Positions 21,801 through 38,989 of a DNA stretch of 64,000 bases are shown one piece after another. Every line of letters begins with the position of its first letter. Within the stretch, counting starts at the first letter, position 1. This DNA is from Azolla caroliniana (taxonomy: Eukaryota; Plantae; Polypodiophyta). The stretch is from positions 18,352,001-18,416,000 of the forward strand of contig JBHGNT010000007.1 in assembly GCA_043228905.1 (NCBI GenBank). Reading direction: 5' to 3'. Under the pieces are notes generated by a model. That model ran no database searches, had not been told where the DNA came from, and saw only the letters and a program-made list of their open reading frames with translations. The position numbers were made by a program, and so were the translations under genes.

Positions 21801-23190
21801 CTTTCTACTCTCTATAGAATTATTTAAACAATGTAAATACAATATTTTGGCATATAACTGCAAGTTGTGGAAGCACCATGTATCTTATGATATGTTTATT
21901 TTTATGTTTCAGCAATGCAACAGTCCTTTTGAATACTGTGACATTGTTACAAGCACAACACACAAAAGTTTGAGAGGTCCAAGAGGTGGAATTATATTCT
22001 ACAGGAAAGGGCCAAAACGGAAAACAAGTGCAGATGATACTGATCAGTATGACTTTGAGGCTAAAATTAACTTTGCGGTGTCACACTCAATACAAGGTGG
22101 GCCTCATAATAACCGAACAGCTGCTCTTGCTGTTGCTTTTCTACAAGTTGACACACTGGAGTTCAAAGCATATATTTCCCAAGTCCTCAAGAATGCGAAG
22201 GCATTGGCCATAGCATTGCAGAAGAGGGACTGCAAAATAGTTACAGGGGGCACCGATAACCATCTCTTGCTGTGGGACTTACGACCATTTAAATTGACTG
22301 GTAAATGTTTTTTTTTCGATATCTGGAAGTCCATCCTTTGCCACCTGTGTGTTTTTTAACATATTATCTGATATTTTGGAGCAATACATTTTTCAGGGGC
22401 TCAGTATGAGAAAGTATGTGAAAAGTGTGGCATAACCTTGAACAAGAATGCTGTATATGGTGATAACGTTGGAATGGCTCCAGGTGGTGTCAGAATCGGT
22501 ATGTTTTTTAGAATTGTGTAAATGACCGTAATATTGAACAGAAAAGTGAATCATCACAGTGAATTCTATTTTAATGTTGGCACCCCTCAGGCTTACAAAT
22601 AGATACACATCTGTAGGAAAAACATTCTTTGTGTAAATGACCCTAATATTGACCAAAAAAGTGAATCATCACAGTGAACAAATCTATTTTCATGTTGGCA
22701 CCCCTCAGGCTTACAAATAGATATGTAGGAAAAACATTCTATTGAGTGGTATGTTGTGTTGTATCACGGATTTTTTTTGGAAGGCTTGATCATTAGGTAG
22801 CTTTTTTTCCTTAGCAAACTTGGATGAAATATTATGACTATTAGCATGCTTCGTAGGCAAATTTTGTCCTCTTTTCAAGCGCATAAAATAAGGCTTGTTT
22901 ATTTGTCAAATTTTTCAATTGTGGAATTCAATTTCAAGTATCCCTCTTATTTGTGTCCAGGAACTCCAGCTATGACATCAAGAGGTTGCACAGAAGAAGA
23001 ATTTGAAACAATTGCTGAATTTCTCATGAAAGCCATTCAAATATCGCAAAAGGTACAAAAAGAACATGGAAACTCGCAGAAAGCTTTTTTGAGGGGGCTT
23101 CAAAGCAACAATGAGGTCGATGATCTTCGAGTGAATGTAGAGAAATTTTCGTTATCATTTGAGATGCCTGGATTAGACAATTGTACATGA
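18882..23190 (+). CDS. SHMT: Serine hydroxymethyltransferase, nuclear SHM6/SHM7-like, 659 aa; exons 18882-20141, 21913-22300, 22397-22498, 22961-23190
   Basis: [24 protein letters not shown] (clade-type variant of QPYSGSPANF), GGHLSHG, DMAHISG, PLP-lysine motif [32 protein letters not shown] introns keep the frame. Long N-terminal extension with a basic KKIKK patch. Confidence 0.95.
21428..21696. repeat. Diverged direct duplication (~100 bp core) in SHMT intron 1
   Basis: ggtggaattgtgttaaaa…catggaatg…ttccaacaa…gtggttg…gaacatgtgt occurs twice. Confidence 0.7.
22516..22740. repeat. ~115-bp tandem duplication in SHMT intron 3
   Basis: tgtgtaaatgacc…gtgaatcatcacagtgaa…gttggcacccctcaggcttacaaatagata occurs twice. 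Confidence 0.8.
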
Positions 23191-24610
23191 TCCAAACAAT
23201 TGAGATATAATTTTGTATATTGTATGCTGAATTTAGGATTAGGGAAGCCAATGAGCCAATGAACACTTTGAATGCAATTTTTTCTGGCTGCTCAAGGGGA
23301 ATTGAGAGGATTGGAGATCCATGTGATTCTACTATAATCGTCAATAAAACTGATATAGCAATTGATCCTACAAATGATTACGTTTTGGTTGTTCCCCCAT
23401 TCATATGTATGTATTACTTAAAGTGGCCGTACATTCTTATCTTACATTATTCAAAACCTTCACAAGTATATGACATTTGCAGTTTGGGTTTCTACTGGAC
23501 ATGGTTGCCATGTGATATGATCTAGCTCTAGTATTTTGAGGTGCTTAGGTCTCTTCCCTGGGAAATAAAAGAGTTACCTGTTACACTCATCAAGGTATCG
23601 TATTCATGGCATATTTTAATTGTCAGAATAATTCACTGGACTAAATTGTGGTTGGTAACCAACCTGAAATAGAAAGTACGAAATTAAACAGCATGGGTGC
23701 AGCTTTTTCCAACTCTTAGTTTGATCAACTATGTACCAAGTACATGCTTTTGCACTACATAAATTATATTAATGTAATTATAGAGGATTCATGTTTTGGG
23801 TATATTTTTTAATAATAGTTTGTTGTGGCAATGTGCAAACTGTATGTTGTGCTAATACTTGCATGTTCAAGGTAATGTAACTGATGATTGTGTGGTCTTT
23901 GACTAAAAATATGATTATGCAATAACTAATTAGACAAAATAGCCCACAGCACTACTTATAGCTTTGACATTAATGCATTCTGCTCACCTGTAACCATAGC
24001 TTAAGTTCATCATTTTCTATGCTATGGACTAGGTGTATAGATTAATTGTTCTACAAACCATAGTAATGGCACTATGTTAGAGAAACCTGATTGCGTTAGT
24101 ATAACATCTTTGAATAATGGACTTCACAAAACCAACTACAAATGCAGCAAAGATATTATAAGAAAACCTCAGCCAAAAACAAGCTTTGCGGAAAGGCACA
24201 GTATTTATACCATATAGCAAAGTCTTCTGATGTGATTTGAAGAGGACTCACAATAGAGAGTATAATTTAACACTGACATGAAAGTAGTTCCAAACAATAG
24301 TGCTTGCACTGATATTTTCAGAAAACATTCATGTATTGCTAAAAAGACACTAAAGATGCTCACAAAACACATAAGAGGTGTGCTCAGTAATTGTCATTGT
24401 AGCCTCATGTTTTTCTTATTAAAGTGTAAGTCAAAAAGATTATCATATTTATAATACAGTTCTAAATAATGGACATGAGTTCAGAGCTCAATGCTCCAGT
24501 TCATCGGAATACTACTCGAGTTCAAGGGATAATAAAATACACAGAATGTTAACTACTAGGCTATATCCATCAAAATCATAGTCTTTAGTAAGAAAGCAAA
24601 ACGTGAAGGA

Positions 24611-28624
<4,014 letters not shown>

Positions 28625-28646
28625 TCAGAGATCAGAGATCAGAGAT

Positions 28647-28685
<39 letters not shown>

Positions 28686-28939
28686 GCTGATTTGCAAATG
28701 AGAGAGAAGAGTAGTGTTCTAAGCGTGTGTAATTAATTGGTGTGGGCCGGGGGGGGGCTAGATTTGAACCCAAGACCTCTTGGCTTTTGATTGATGGGGT
28801 TAATTTACTATGCTTTACCAAGGAGAGAAAAAGAAGAGGAAGGACTCACTATACTTACTCAATTTTCCGAGTATTATGAAATGCATTCATTACATATATA
28901 ACTTGCTTCTCAGATCGAGATCCGATTCGGATGATGCAC

Positions 28940-29072
28940 ACATGAATCTGGTGATGATGCTTGTCTTGCCCGGAGACCTATTCGAATGATGCACACATGA
29001 ACTCTCATATACATTGCCAGAGGAGATAGTGTTGTGGTAGCCAGTTTGGGATAGTGGAATCGAACTCGTGAC

Positions 29073-29121
<49 letters not shown>
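28940..29121 (-). pseudogene. Degenerate duplicate of Rab exon 1, 5' UTR and (GA)n
   Basis: acatgaatctggtgatgatgcttgtcttgcc ([10 protein letters not shown] on -) is identical to 28501-28531. It is followed by a diverged match to 28560-28620 and a GA run. Confidence 0.75.
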
Positions 29122-29124
<3 letters not shown>

Positions 29125-29392
29125 TCTGCAAGGTCACATATCATCATACTCGCCATTTGAATTGGTGTGTAGGGTGGCATTGAGTTTGGTGTTGTAGTAT
29201 TCTTTAGATCCCTTGATAGAAGGGTTCTATACTTTGTAGTAAGTTAGTCATGGTGGTGTTTTTTTCTTTCGTAATGAAAGCCATTATTTACGAAAGAGAG
29301 AATTAGAATTAGAATTTTTATCGTCCATAAAGAGGCCAAATTTGACCTATGGGACCAAAGTATACATGTGTTCTTGATATATGTCTCCTTCC

Positions 29393-29422
<30 letters not shown>

Positions 29423-29426
<4 letters not shown>

Positions 29427-32320
29427 GTTTATTACAACACTTTTTAGACAGATGTAATGCATTGTTGGTAAAGATTCCATTTGATGATGTGTTCTTGGAT
29501 ATTCAAGAGACATTGTCACAAGCCTTACAAGTATTTGAGGTTCGTCGTTATCAACACTCACGGGTGATGGCTATGAAAAATGAAGTACATGATCACAACT
29601 GTAATTCACATAAGTCTTACCATGGGTTGCATGCATCTCATGCTAGAATGAATGTGGTAAGTGTAGAGATCGATGAAACTTTGAATACAAACCCACAAGT
29701 GATTATTGATAATTGTGTTAAAACATTCCACGAATCTTTTTGGGCAAGACAATATTCTGAATTATGACATAACACAAGCCCGATCGATGTTATTTAACTC
29801 AGTCAAGGCGAGTGGTGGGCAACATGTCATGAATCATGATTACATTGGAGGAGGATATAAAGGAGGAGGTGGTGGAATACGTATTGTCACATCTTGTAGT
29901 TGATAAAAGTCCGAGTTGGGATGGCATTACAAATGAGTTTTTTTAAAGCCTGTGTACCAGAACTCAAAGCCCCTCTAACAATGATATTCCAAGAAGTGTG
30001 GAGTTTTGGTAAAATGTCCGATTCATGGAAAGTTGGTCTTGTTAAACTTATACCAAAAGTTGCATCTCCTATGTCTTTTGCTCAATGGAGACCAATATCA
30101 TTAATAGGTGGGATGTATAAGTTTTTTGCCAAAGTAATTGCAAATAGACTTCAAAAGGTATTGTCGTTTGTGGTTCATCGAATGCAATATGGGTTTGTTA
30201 AGGGATGGGACATCCTACATAATATATTGAATGTGCAAATGGCAGTGGATTATGCAAAGGAATCCAAAGAACAAATTGTAATGATATAACTCGACATCGA
30301 GAAGGCATATGATCATTTAAGTTGGTCTTTTATTACTCAACTTGTGTCTCTTATGGGTTTTGGGGAAAGGATATCAAATATCGTTGTTGGTGGGATTAGG
30401 TGCAGTGTCACACATTATGTTAAATGGTGGAGTTACTAAGGCAATACCATTGAAAAGATCACTTAGACAAGGATTCCCATTGAGTCCATTATTATTTGCA
30501 ATTGCGACACACCAGATTTGGGTGAAGATGCATGAGTTGGCAACATGTGGGGGAAATAGTTGGATTAGTTGTACCATCAAGGAAACAATTGATCATCCAA
30601 GCATTGGTTGATGATTCATTTTTATTTCTCAAAGTGGCACCTGATAATATAGCTAAAGCCATGGAGGTGTGGAATTTGTTTGCATTGGTGTCATGATTAC
30701 ATATAAATATGCGGAAGTTGATGCTCATTAGATGCACTGAGAGTGATTTGGTTGATCTTGGATGGGGTGGCCGAATATTAGATCAAGGGAATGTGTGTCA
30801 ACACTTAGGTTACCCTATTGGTGTTGATAGCTCATCATCACAAAAGTTTGAATTGGATATCAGGAACCATTTTGAACAAATTTATGTATTGGAAATCTCA
30901 AGCATGAACGTTTAGTACTCATCTAAAAGTGGTACAAGCTATAATGATTTCAATGATTTCTTGGCATAAATTCCTCATGCTTACAAATGGAATCAAGGAT
31001 TAGGTTAAAACTCAATACCAAGAGGCTTTCTGTAGTATACAAAGAAATCACTTGATCATTTAGCACATCCACTTAAATATACACTATGGAAGAAAGAAAC
31101 AAACCTTGGTATGAGTTGGGTATCATGGAATAATATTTGTACCCCAAAACGGTTAGGGGGTGCTGCTTTACTAAATCTAGAAGATCATATGGTGGCTCGA
31201 AGATTCAATCTTTTGAAAGGTATGTGCATAGGTACCCAACCTTGGGCAGAAATAATTAGTTATTTTGTGGAAAAGGTTAGTATATACCATGGGAAAACGA
31301 GAATTATAGCTTCGTGGTGGCATGTTGTTAATAGTACCCGACCATTTAAATGTTTAGAATCTATTATGGTTCAACAATTGGTGCTTTCTTGGTAGCAATG
31401 TTTGAGTTTGTTTGATTGGAGGCCTCCTGAGTGCAGAAAAAATATAAATTCATTGGCAGTAGAGGTGTTGGCAACTTCAAGGATATGGCATTGGGATGGA
31501 AAAGAAAGTCTAAATTCACAGTTCAATCGAATGGCAAGGCTAGGCTTGGTAATTGTGAAAGATGGTATCTTAGAGTCACGTAGGAAAATGATGGCCTTCC
31601 GAACAATCAGAAATAAGTTTCATATACCACATGGATATGGGTATATTTGGCAATCAATATTGGCATTGCCTAGATTAGTTTTCCCGATTCTAGAGTTGGT
31701 GGTCGAGAACCCATGGAAAGATTGGTCATTTGGTGCACACTAATGATGTGTATCATAAGTTGGTTCAAGATAGAGCTTGGTTAGCAAATAAGGTTTTGGA
31801 TACATGGTACATTACTCGACATGTAAAATGGTGGTGTAGAGTTGTAGATGTAGGGTGATAGTCTCATCTTCCATTTCGTGCAAAGGTGTTTCTTTGGCAT
31901 GCCATAGTTGGTGGGTTGCCTTTGGCGATGACCTTAACATGAAGACATATTTTGAAAGGGACATGTTTTTTCTGTACGGTGGTTGAAGAAGATGCCAGAC
32001 ATAGGTTCATTACATTTTCGGTTGCTAAAGCCATTTGGGTGATTATGTCACAAAATTGGGCATCGATAACGGGAAATATTTTGTCACCTTATAAGTGGGT
32101 TTTTATGGATGAGGGTAAAGCTATGCCCACACCATCATATTAAAGGTTGTTTTTTACTACCTTAGATACTAGGGGATGTGGTTTAATTGGACCATGAGAA
32201 ATGGGTTCTTGCTTGATGGACTTCATGGGGTAACACAACAACTCCGTAGGATAAAAGGGAAGTTGATTTGGCAATTTTCACAACTTTGTTGTATGGGGAC
32301 ATTGTCCCAAGAGGAGATAG
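29423..32320 (+). mobile_element. LINE (L1-type) ORF2 remnant: RT and zf-RVT, degenerate, beginning after a (GA)n run
   Basis: WRPISLIGGMYKFFAKVIANRL, LDIEKAYD, LRQGFPLSPLLF, LVDDS, LGYP, WVSWNNICTPKRLGG, CFFC…EEDARH; many stops. Confidence 0.88.
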
Positions 32321-32329
32321 ACTTATGTC

Positions 32330-32727
32330 ATCTAGTTTAACAACTAACAATCGGTTGTTAAAACCGAACCAAACCATTTTTAAAAACCTAAACCTGAACC
32401 GAACCGTTAAGCTGTTAACCCGCGGTTTCGCGGTTCAGTTCGGTTCAAACCGTTGCCGATTGTTATTTGCAACACTTGAGAGGGTTTCCCTTGCACTATC
32501 ACTATTTATGAAGTAGTGAAGATAACAAGGGTTGTATTATCATCTTGTTTTAATAACAAACATTGATTTACGAAAAGAGAGAGAGAGAGAGAGAGCAATT
32601 AACGTCTTCTAAGACTGACAATCGGCAACGGTTCGGTTCGAGAGTGTCAAAATTTAAAACCGAGTCGGTTTGAAACCGAACTGTTTAAAAATTTTGAAAC
32701 ATGAACCGAACCGAACCAAGAAACCAT
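32330..32727. mobile_element. Non-autonomous DNA-transposon-like fragment rich in AACCG/CGGTT motifs
   Basis: Clusters of aaaccgaacc and cggttcggtt in both orientations. Termini and TSD are not resolved. Confidence 0.45.
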
Positions 32728-35156
32728 TTAAACCAATCCGATATCGGTCATGAATTGCCACAACTTGTCAGATCCTAAGGCTTTAATGAAGATGTCGGTC
32801 GTTTGAAGATTGGTGCTAATGTGTTGTAGGTTGACATCGCTAGCTAGAACGCGCTCTCGGATGAAGTGATAGTGCACTTCGATGTGCTTTGTCCGCGCGT
32901 GGAACACCAGGTTCCGAGCCAGATAGATATTGCTCATGTTGTCACAGTAAGGGAAGTCGGATCCTTGATGGGTACGCCCAGATCCTTCAAAACCTCTTGA
33001 GCCATACGGCTTCACACGCAGTTACAGCTGCGCCCCTGTATTCCGCCTCCGTACTCGAAAGAGCGACGATAGATTGCTTCTTGCTACTCTAGGATATTGC
33101 TCCGCTGCCGAGGGAGAAAACAAATCCGGAGGTTGATCTTCTATCGGCTTTGTAGTTGGCCCAATCAGCGTCTGTGTACCCCTCGAGGCGTATTGGCATC
33201 GCGGTCTTGTAGAGAATGCCGCAATCCATTGTGCCGCTCATGTATTGTAGAACTCACTTAGCGCAATCCAAGTGAGTATCACGCGGTGTTTGCATGAATT
33301 GACTAAGGAGACCGACCGGATAGCTGAGATCGGGTCGAGTGATCATGAGGTAGATGAGACTCCCGATGAGTTGCTGATACTGAGTCGGCTCACATGCTTT
33401 GGTGCTGGAGTTCACATCTAGTTTGAGATTATGATCAAGCGGGGTTGCCACGGATTTGCACTCAGCCATCCCGAACTTGTAGAGTAAGTTGAGGATGTAG
33501 TGCCGTTGAGAGATCATGATTCCGGCCGGAGTCCGAATTACATCGATGTTGAGGAAGTAGTGGAGCTCCTTCATGTCCATCATCTCGAACTTGTCGGAAA
33601 GGAGGGATTTGACCTTATTGATTTCGACGAGATGCTCACCTCCAATGACTAGGTCATCCACATATAAGATGATGACGATCAGACTTGTGGAATCGCTTCG
33701 TATGTAGAGAGAGTTGTCCGATTTTGACATACGGAAGCCGATTTGATGAAGATATTGCGTTATCTTCGAATGCCAAACACGCGGTGCTTGCTTGAGGCTG
33801 TAGAGTGGCTTCTTGAGTCGGCGTACATCTTTCGGATGGGTGCTCGAGTTGAAGCCGGGTGGTTGTATCATGTACACCTCCTCTTCTGATTCGCCTTGTA
33901 GAAAGGCGTTCTTGACGTCCATTTGATGGAGGTGCCACCCTTTCGCCACGGCAAGCGCAATTACGGTCCGTACCGTCGTCATCTTTGCCACCGGGGCAAA
34001 GGTCTCCTCGTAGTCAACTCCGTGCGTTTGGGCATAACCTTTCCCTACGAGTCGTCGACTTTGTACTTCACTTTGTAAATCCATCTGCATCCGATCGCCT
34101 TTTTGTGTGGTGAGATGGGAACGAGATCCCACGTCTCGTTCTTGCGTAGTGCCTACATCTCCTCGTTCATCGCTTCGATCCATCGCGAATCCTTGGCTGC
34201 TTCGGAGAATGTTTCCGGCTCGCGTACTGTCGCCACCTTCATCATAAAGGCATAGTGATATGCCATGTAGTCGTTGTAGCCGAATCGGCTGACCAGATTC
34301 TTTTCATGGGTGGAGCAACAGAGCTTTTCATTTGCAGAGATGAGGGCTTTCTTAGCTCCGATTGGTACCTCGAAACCGCTAAACTCACTGTCGAGTGAGT
34401 GAGATGACTCATCGTCGTTGAAGCAATCGTCTTCGTATTCCGACATTTTCGCCTTGCCTTTGTCCATCTTCGGGCTAGGTCGTGATGTGCTTTGATCGCT
34501 CAAAGGCTCTTGTGGTCCGCTCAATCAGGTCGTGATCAGACTTTCTTCGAATATGCGCATAAGGCGATCTTCATCCTCGATCTCTTGTTCGGCGAATTCC
34601 GGGTCGAGCGGAGTCGGAGTTGGAGTTATCTCTAGTGCGTACGAGGATGCGGACTCGTCAAAAACGATGTCTCGACTTACTCGAGATTTTCGAGTTGAAG
34701 GGTTGTAGCACTTGTACCCTTTTTGCTCCAATGAGTATCCTACGAGGATACATTTCGCCGACTTCGGGTCAAGCTTTTGACGCTTCTCGTCGGGGATGTG
34801 CACGTACGCTATCTCTCCGAATATGTGGATGTGCGATAAGTCCGGCTTCTTTCCGAAGTATTTTTCGTGCGGAGTGACCTCGTGCACGCCGGATGTTGTG
34901 CACCGGTTCATTAGGTAGACGACCGTATTTGCCGCTTCGGCCCAATATGACTTGGGCTTATGGTTCTCGTTCATCATGGCCCGCGCTACTTGGAGTGTGT
35001 CGGCAAGTGAATTCTTGCCGAATTCCTTCCTTTTGGAGATATGCCGTGAAGTCATCTGAGAAGTACTCCTTGCCGCCATCCGATCGAAGACAACGTACAT
35101 GTCGGCCCGTGGCTTTCTCGACTTCATTCTTGAAAGTTTGGAAGTGTCTGAACCCT
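32728..35156 (-). mobile_element. Ty1/Copia pol remnant (IN-RT-RH), no LTRs seen
   Basis: IN VRCLRSDGGKEY, WAEA, KLDPKS…VGYS; RT DYEETFAPVAK, HQMDVKNAFL, LYVDD; RH YCDN…VFHARTKHIEVHYHFIRE; order IN>RT>RH; frameshifted. Confidence 0.92.
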
Positions 35157-35682
35157 TCGCTCGGTTCTTTCAATGAACCTGGATCTTCTAGGTGTAAATA
35201 TTGTTGTTGATAACAATATGGAGAACCTCCAAGTAAGTTAATGATTCTTGTTTCTTGTTGTTCTATCTTCCTCATTAAGGATTGATAAAACGCTAAATTT
35301 CTCGGCTACATTGTAGGAACAATACTCTCGTCAAGAACGGATAGTTAGCTACCTTAAGAAGCAACTACATTTTGTCGAGGGGATGGTAAGGAGTAGACAA
35401 GAATTGGACCTCAATATTCTTGCTTCCTTATCAAGCGTGGGAGAACCAAGCAACGATATATTGATTGTTCAAGCACGTTGCATCGCTTGCGGCTTAGGCG
35501 TAGAGGACAAAATTGCCACTCTTCCGGTACACCTACAACCATGCCAACACATGTAACATATCGCTTGTTTTGCATATTATGCTTGTCGCATGGCTGTAGT
35601 CTGTTTAGGAGATTGCAATACAACTCTCCCTGATGAGTGGAGAAAACAAACAGGTAAATTTGTTGCTTGTCTCTATTGTGTA

Positions 35683-36441
35683 GTAGCTAATTAGCTAAGC
35701 CATCTAGAGTGTGGTAGCTAATTAACTAATTAGAATAAAGTGTAAACACTGATTAGCTAAGCAGTATAGAATGTGGTAGCTAATTAGCTATTGTGGTTCT
35801 ATAGTGTAGTAGCTAATTAGCTACAACGTAGGTAATTAGCTGAGTAGTATCAAGGGTGGTAGCTAATTAGCTATTGCGATACTTAAGTAGAGTAACTAAT
35901 TAGCTAAGATGTAGCTAATTAACTACTGCCAATCTATAGCGTAGTAGCTAATTTGCTACAATGTAGCTAAGTAGCTGAGTAGTATCAAGAGTGGTAGCTA
36001 ATTAGCTACTGCCATACTTAAGTAGAGTAGCTAATTAGCTAAGATGTAGCTAATTAACACTCCCAATCTATAGTATAACAACTAATTAGCTACTATGTAG
36101 CTAATTAGCTAAGCAGTATCAAGAGTGGTAGCTAATTAGCTACTGCCATACTTAAGTAGAGTAGCTAATTAGTAACTACCAATCTATAGTGTAGCAGCTA
36201 ATTAGCTAAGCAGTATCAAGAGTGGTAGCTAATCAGCTACTACCATACTTAAGTAGAGTAGCTAATTAGCTAAGATATAGCTAATTAGCTACTACCAATC
36301 TATAGTGTAGCAGCTAATTAGCTAAGCAACATCAAGAGTGGTAGCTAATTAGGTACTACCATACTTAAGTAGAGTAGTTAATTAGCTACTGCCAATCTAT
36401 AGTGTAGTAGCTAATCAACTACAATGTGGCTAATTAGCTAC
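35683..36441. repeat. Array of about 25-27 copies of the 14-bp palindrome TAGCTAATTAGCTA with short recurring spacers
   Basis: Counted by eye. Spacer classes include agcagtatcaagagtgg, ctgccatacttaagtagag and ctaccaatctatagtgtag. Confidence 0.93.
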
Positions 36442-36807
36442 AAAGTAGATCAAGCATGTTGCACAAATTATCTGATTATGCAGGTAGATGCAACATGTGA
36501 TACTAGTGAGTTGATATCGACCAGAGAAGTATCTACATGCACAGAGGTAATGTTAGGACCGATGACACAATCGACTATACAAGAGCAAAACAGTGTGACA
36601 CCAAGCCCAATTATTGCACAAGAGCAAAACAAGGTGAAGCCAGACCCAAAGACATAGTCAACCAGGGGTTTGAAGAGGAAAAGGACACCAATTGTGTCGA
36701 TAGAACCTGAGTTGATTGAAATTGATCATGTGCTACCAATACTTTGTGTAATAGAGGCTCAGTTGTAGGAATGGAAACCTAAACCATTAGAAGACGAAAG
36801 AAGAGCC

Positions 36808-37332
36808 TTGATCTTGGAGCTTGATAAAGTCCAGAAGAGTGTGCGATATATGACACCAAGGAGGCATGTGAATCAATTTCTAGAGTGGGTTGTGCAATAC
36901 TTTGATTTGTTTATTTGGAATGAAAAACCACGTACAGATGTGTGGAAGTGTGTAGAAAGATTCTTCCCAAAGTGGCGACAACATTTCAAGGGTCAATGGA
37001 CACGAGAAAGATGTGAGCAGTAGGATATTGCAAGATTCAAAAGACTTTCGAATTTTTGGCATACCTGGCCCGAATATAATGCCGACAATACATTGATTGT
37101 GGATACAAAACATTTCCAACATTACTACAACCTTCGTAGATGTTGTCTCATTCTACCTGAGGAAATGCTTGATAACTACTTGGTGAAAACATTGAGCTAC
37201 CAATTGACTGCATGGTTGTGGACTACATATAGAGCTCGGTATGTAGATCACATATGTAGAGAAGTTTCACTAACCAACAAGAGTTTAGCTGTTTATAGGC
37301 GCTTTGTAGACATTGCCAATGGTGTATTATAA
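36808..37332 (+). pseudogene. Possible FCP1/NIF-like (HAD) phosphatase domain remnant
   Basis: PRRHVNQFLEWVVQYFDLFIW … RERC … KDF … NTLIVD resembles the NIF pattern RP.l.eFL…F.i.iw/KDL/N.liVDD. Stop and frameshift present; the DxDxT motif is not seen. Confidence 0.4.
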
Positions 37333-37689
37333 ATATGTAATTTGATGATAGATTAATCAATGAAGGATTAAAATCGTTTGTTTTGAGTAAATTAACTACT
37401 GTGTAATTTTAAAATAGGTCATTGATTTCTGAGTTCATGTTGATGGTTGTTCTCAGAATGGCAAATTGTTTGAACTTGTAAATCGTTCACTTGAGAGTAA
37501 AAAAACCATTGCCAAAATGTATTCCAAACAGTATAATCGTCATTATGCACATTGAACAGACACTAAAATTGAAAGACACATTTAACAGACAATTTTATTA
37601 ACAAACAAGAACAAAAAGAAGACTCTTAAACAATTTTATTAAATTGTTTTTTTGCAATACAACTACTTTGTCCACTTTACAAGAAAACT

Positions 37690-38560
37690 GGTATGATATC
37701 CTTGTAGCTACAAATTCCATGGTACACTGTTGTAAATACATTCATACACATTAGCACTAATTGTGTATAAATCTGAGCGGCTATTGTATTGTGTCACTAG
37801 GACGTTGATGCACATGACCAAATGAGAGTACGTGTACGTTACTGGTTTGTCTTCTACAAGCCTTTACACATAATTACATAATCATCTAGTCTATAAACAT
37901 AATTGTAATCATCTAGTCTTGCATAAAAAATACCTTCGATGTAGAATGTCCCGGCAGATACAAAATTTCCCCAAGCATCTACAATATGTTGCATTGCACA
38001 TTGTTTACAAACCGTGCACCTCAATATATAGAAATCAACACCCTTTGAATTGCCTTCTTTTGCATTTATAGCGAAATTATCGCCAACCTTTGTGACATCA
38101 CTCTGAGTATCTCCATGGCCCTAATATGTGAAGTCAACATTGTTTTATGTTTCTCCATCCGCCACTTCCTTACCATTCAATGTATGGTACTCCCAATTTT
38201 GAATATATGCTTTGTTTAAACAATACCTCCAATTTCCTTGCACACAATGGAAGCAAAAACAAGTTAATTCTCTAACCACAATACAATGACCATCAAACCT
38301 AGAATAACCCCGGACAACATGGAGAGATCGCAATTAAGGAATTCCTTGGCACTCCCATTTCGTCTCCCTATTTACTTCATCTTTCCTCACTTCCCAAAAT
38401 ACGTGTTTGATATCTCAAACCTGCGAGGAATAAACACCAGTTGCACTTGTTGACATATTAGGTCTTAAAAATTTGATTGCATGTCCTGCACAATTCATAT
38501 GCACACCATCTGCATTTAGTTGGTCATGGGTAAGTGCCCATTATGTGCACAAAAATGGTT
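37690..38560 (-). pseudogene. C-terminal remnant of an unclassified DNA transposase (Sola2-like by recollection)
   Basis: Translates to …HVFWEVRKDEVNRETKWECQGIP*LRSLHVV…RELTCFCFHCVQGNWRYCLN…; the catalytic region is not seen. Confidence 0.4.
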
Positions 38561-38989
38561 ACTTGCATTGAACACCAATGCATGGATTGAATTTCATTCT
38601 ACTGCTTGAAAGTATAATTCTCAGCGAAATCTACTACTAAGAATACTACATCATTTGGAAAATCAAATATGCATGTCTTAAACTGATGGGCCTACCATGA
38701 ATAAATGAAGTTGTGTTTAATGAACTTTCTAGAGATACTACAAATATAAGATATACCATCGTTGCGTGGATCTTTCCCAATGAAAACAAATGGTGCACCT
38801 TAGGTGCATTGGCAATTAAAGGATGGTACATGCTTGTTATAGGTCATTACAAATATTTTGTATCATCATATAATGGCATCATTATCTAGACTATCACCTA
38901 AAGCAAAAAAAGTGTGGAAAGTATGTAAATCAAATGCAATGAGGTAAAAAGTATTGCAACATAGTTGGCAATTTGTGGAGTTTATGTAA

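Noticed and set aside
35683-36441. CRISPR-like look of palindromic repeats with spacers
   Set aside because: Eukaryotic context, repeats only 14 bp, spacers short and recurrent rather than unique, and no cas genes.
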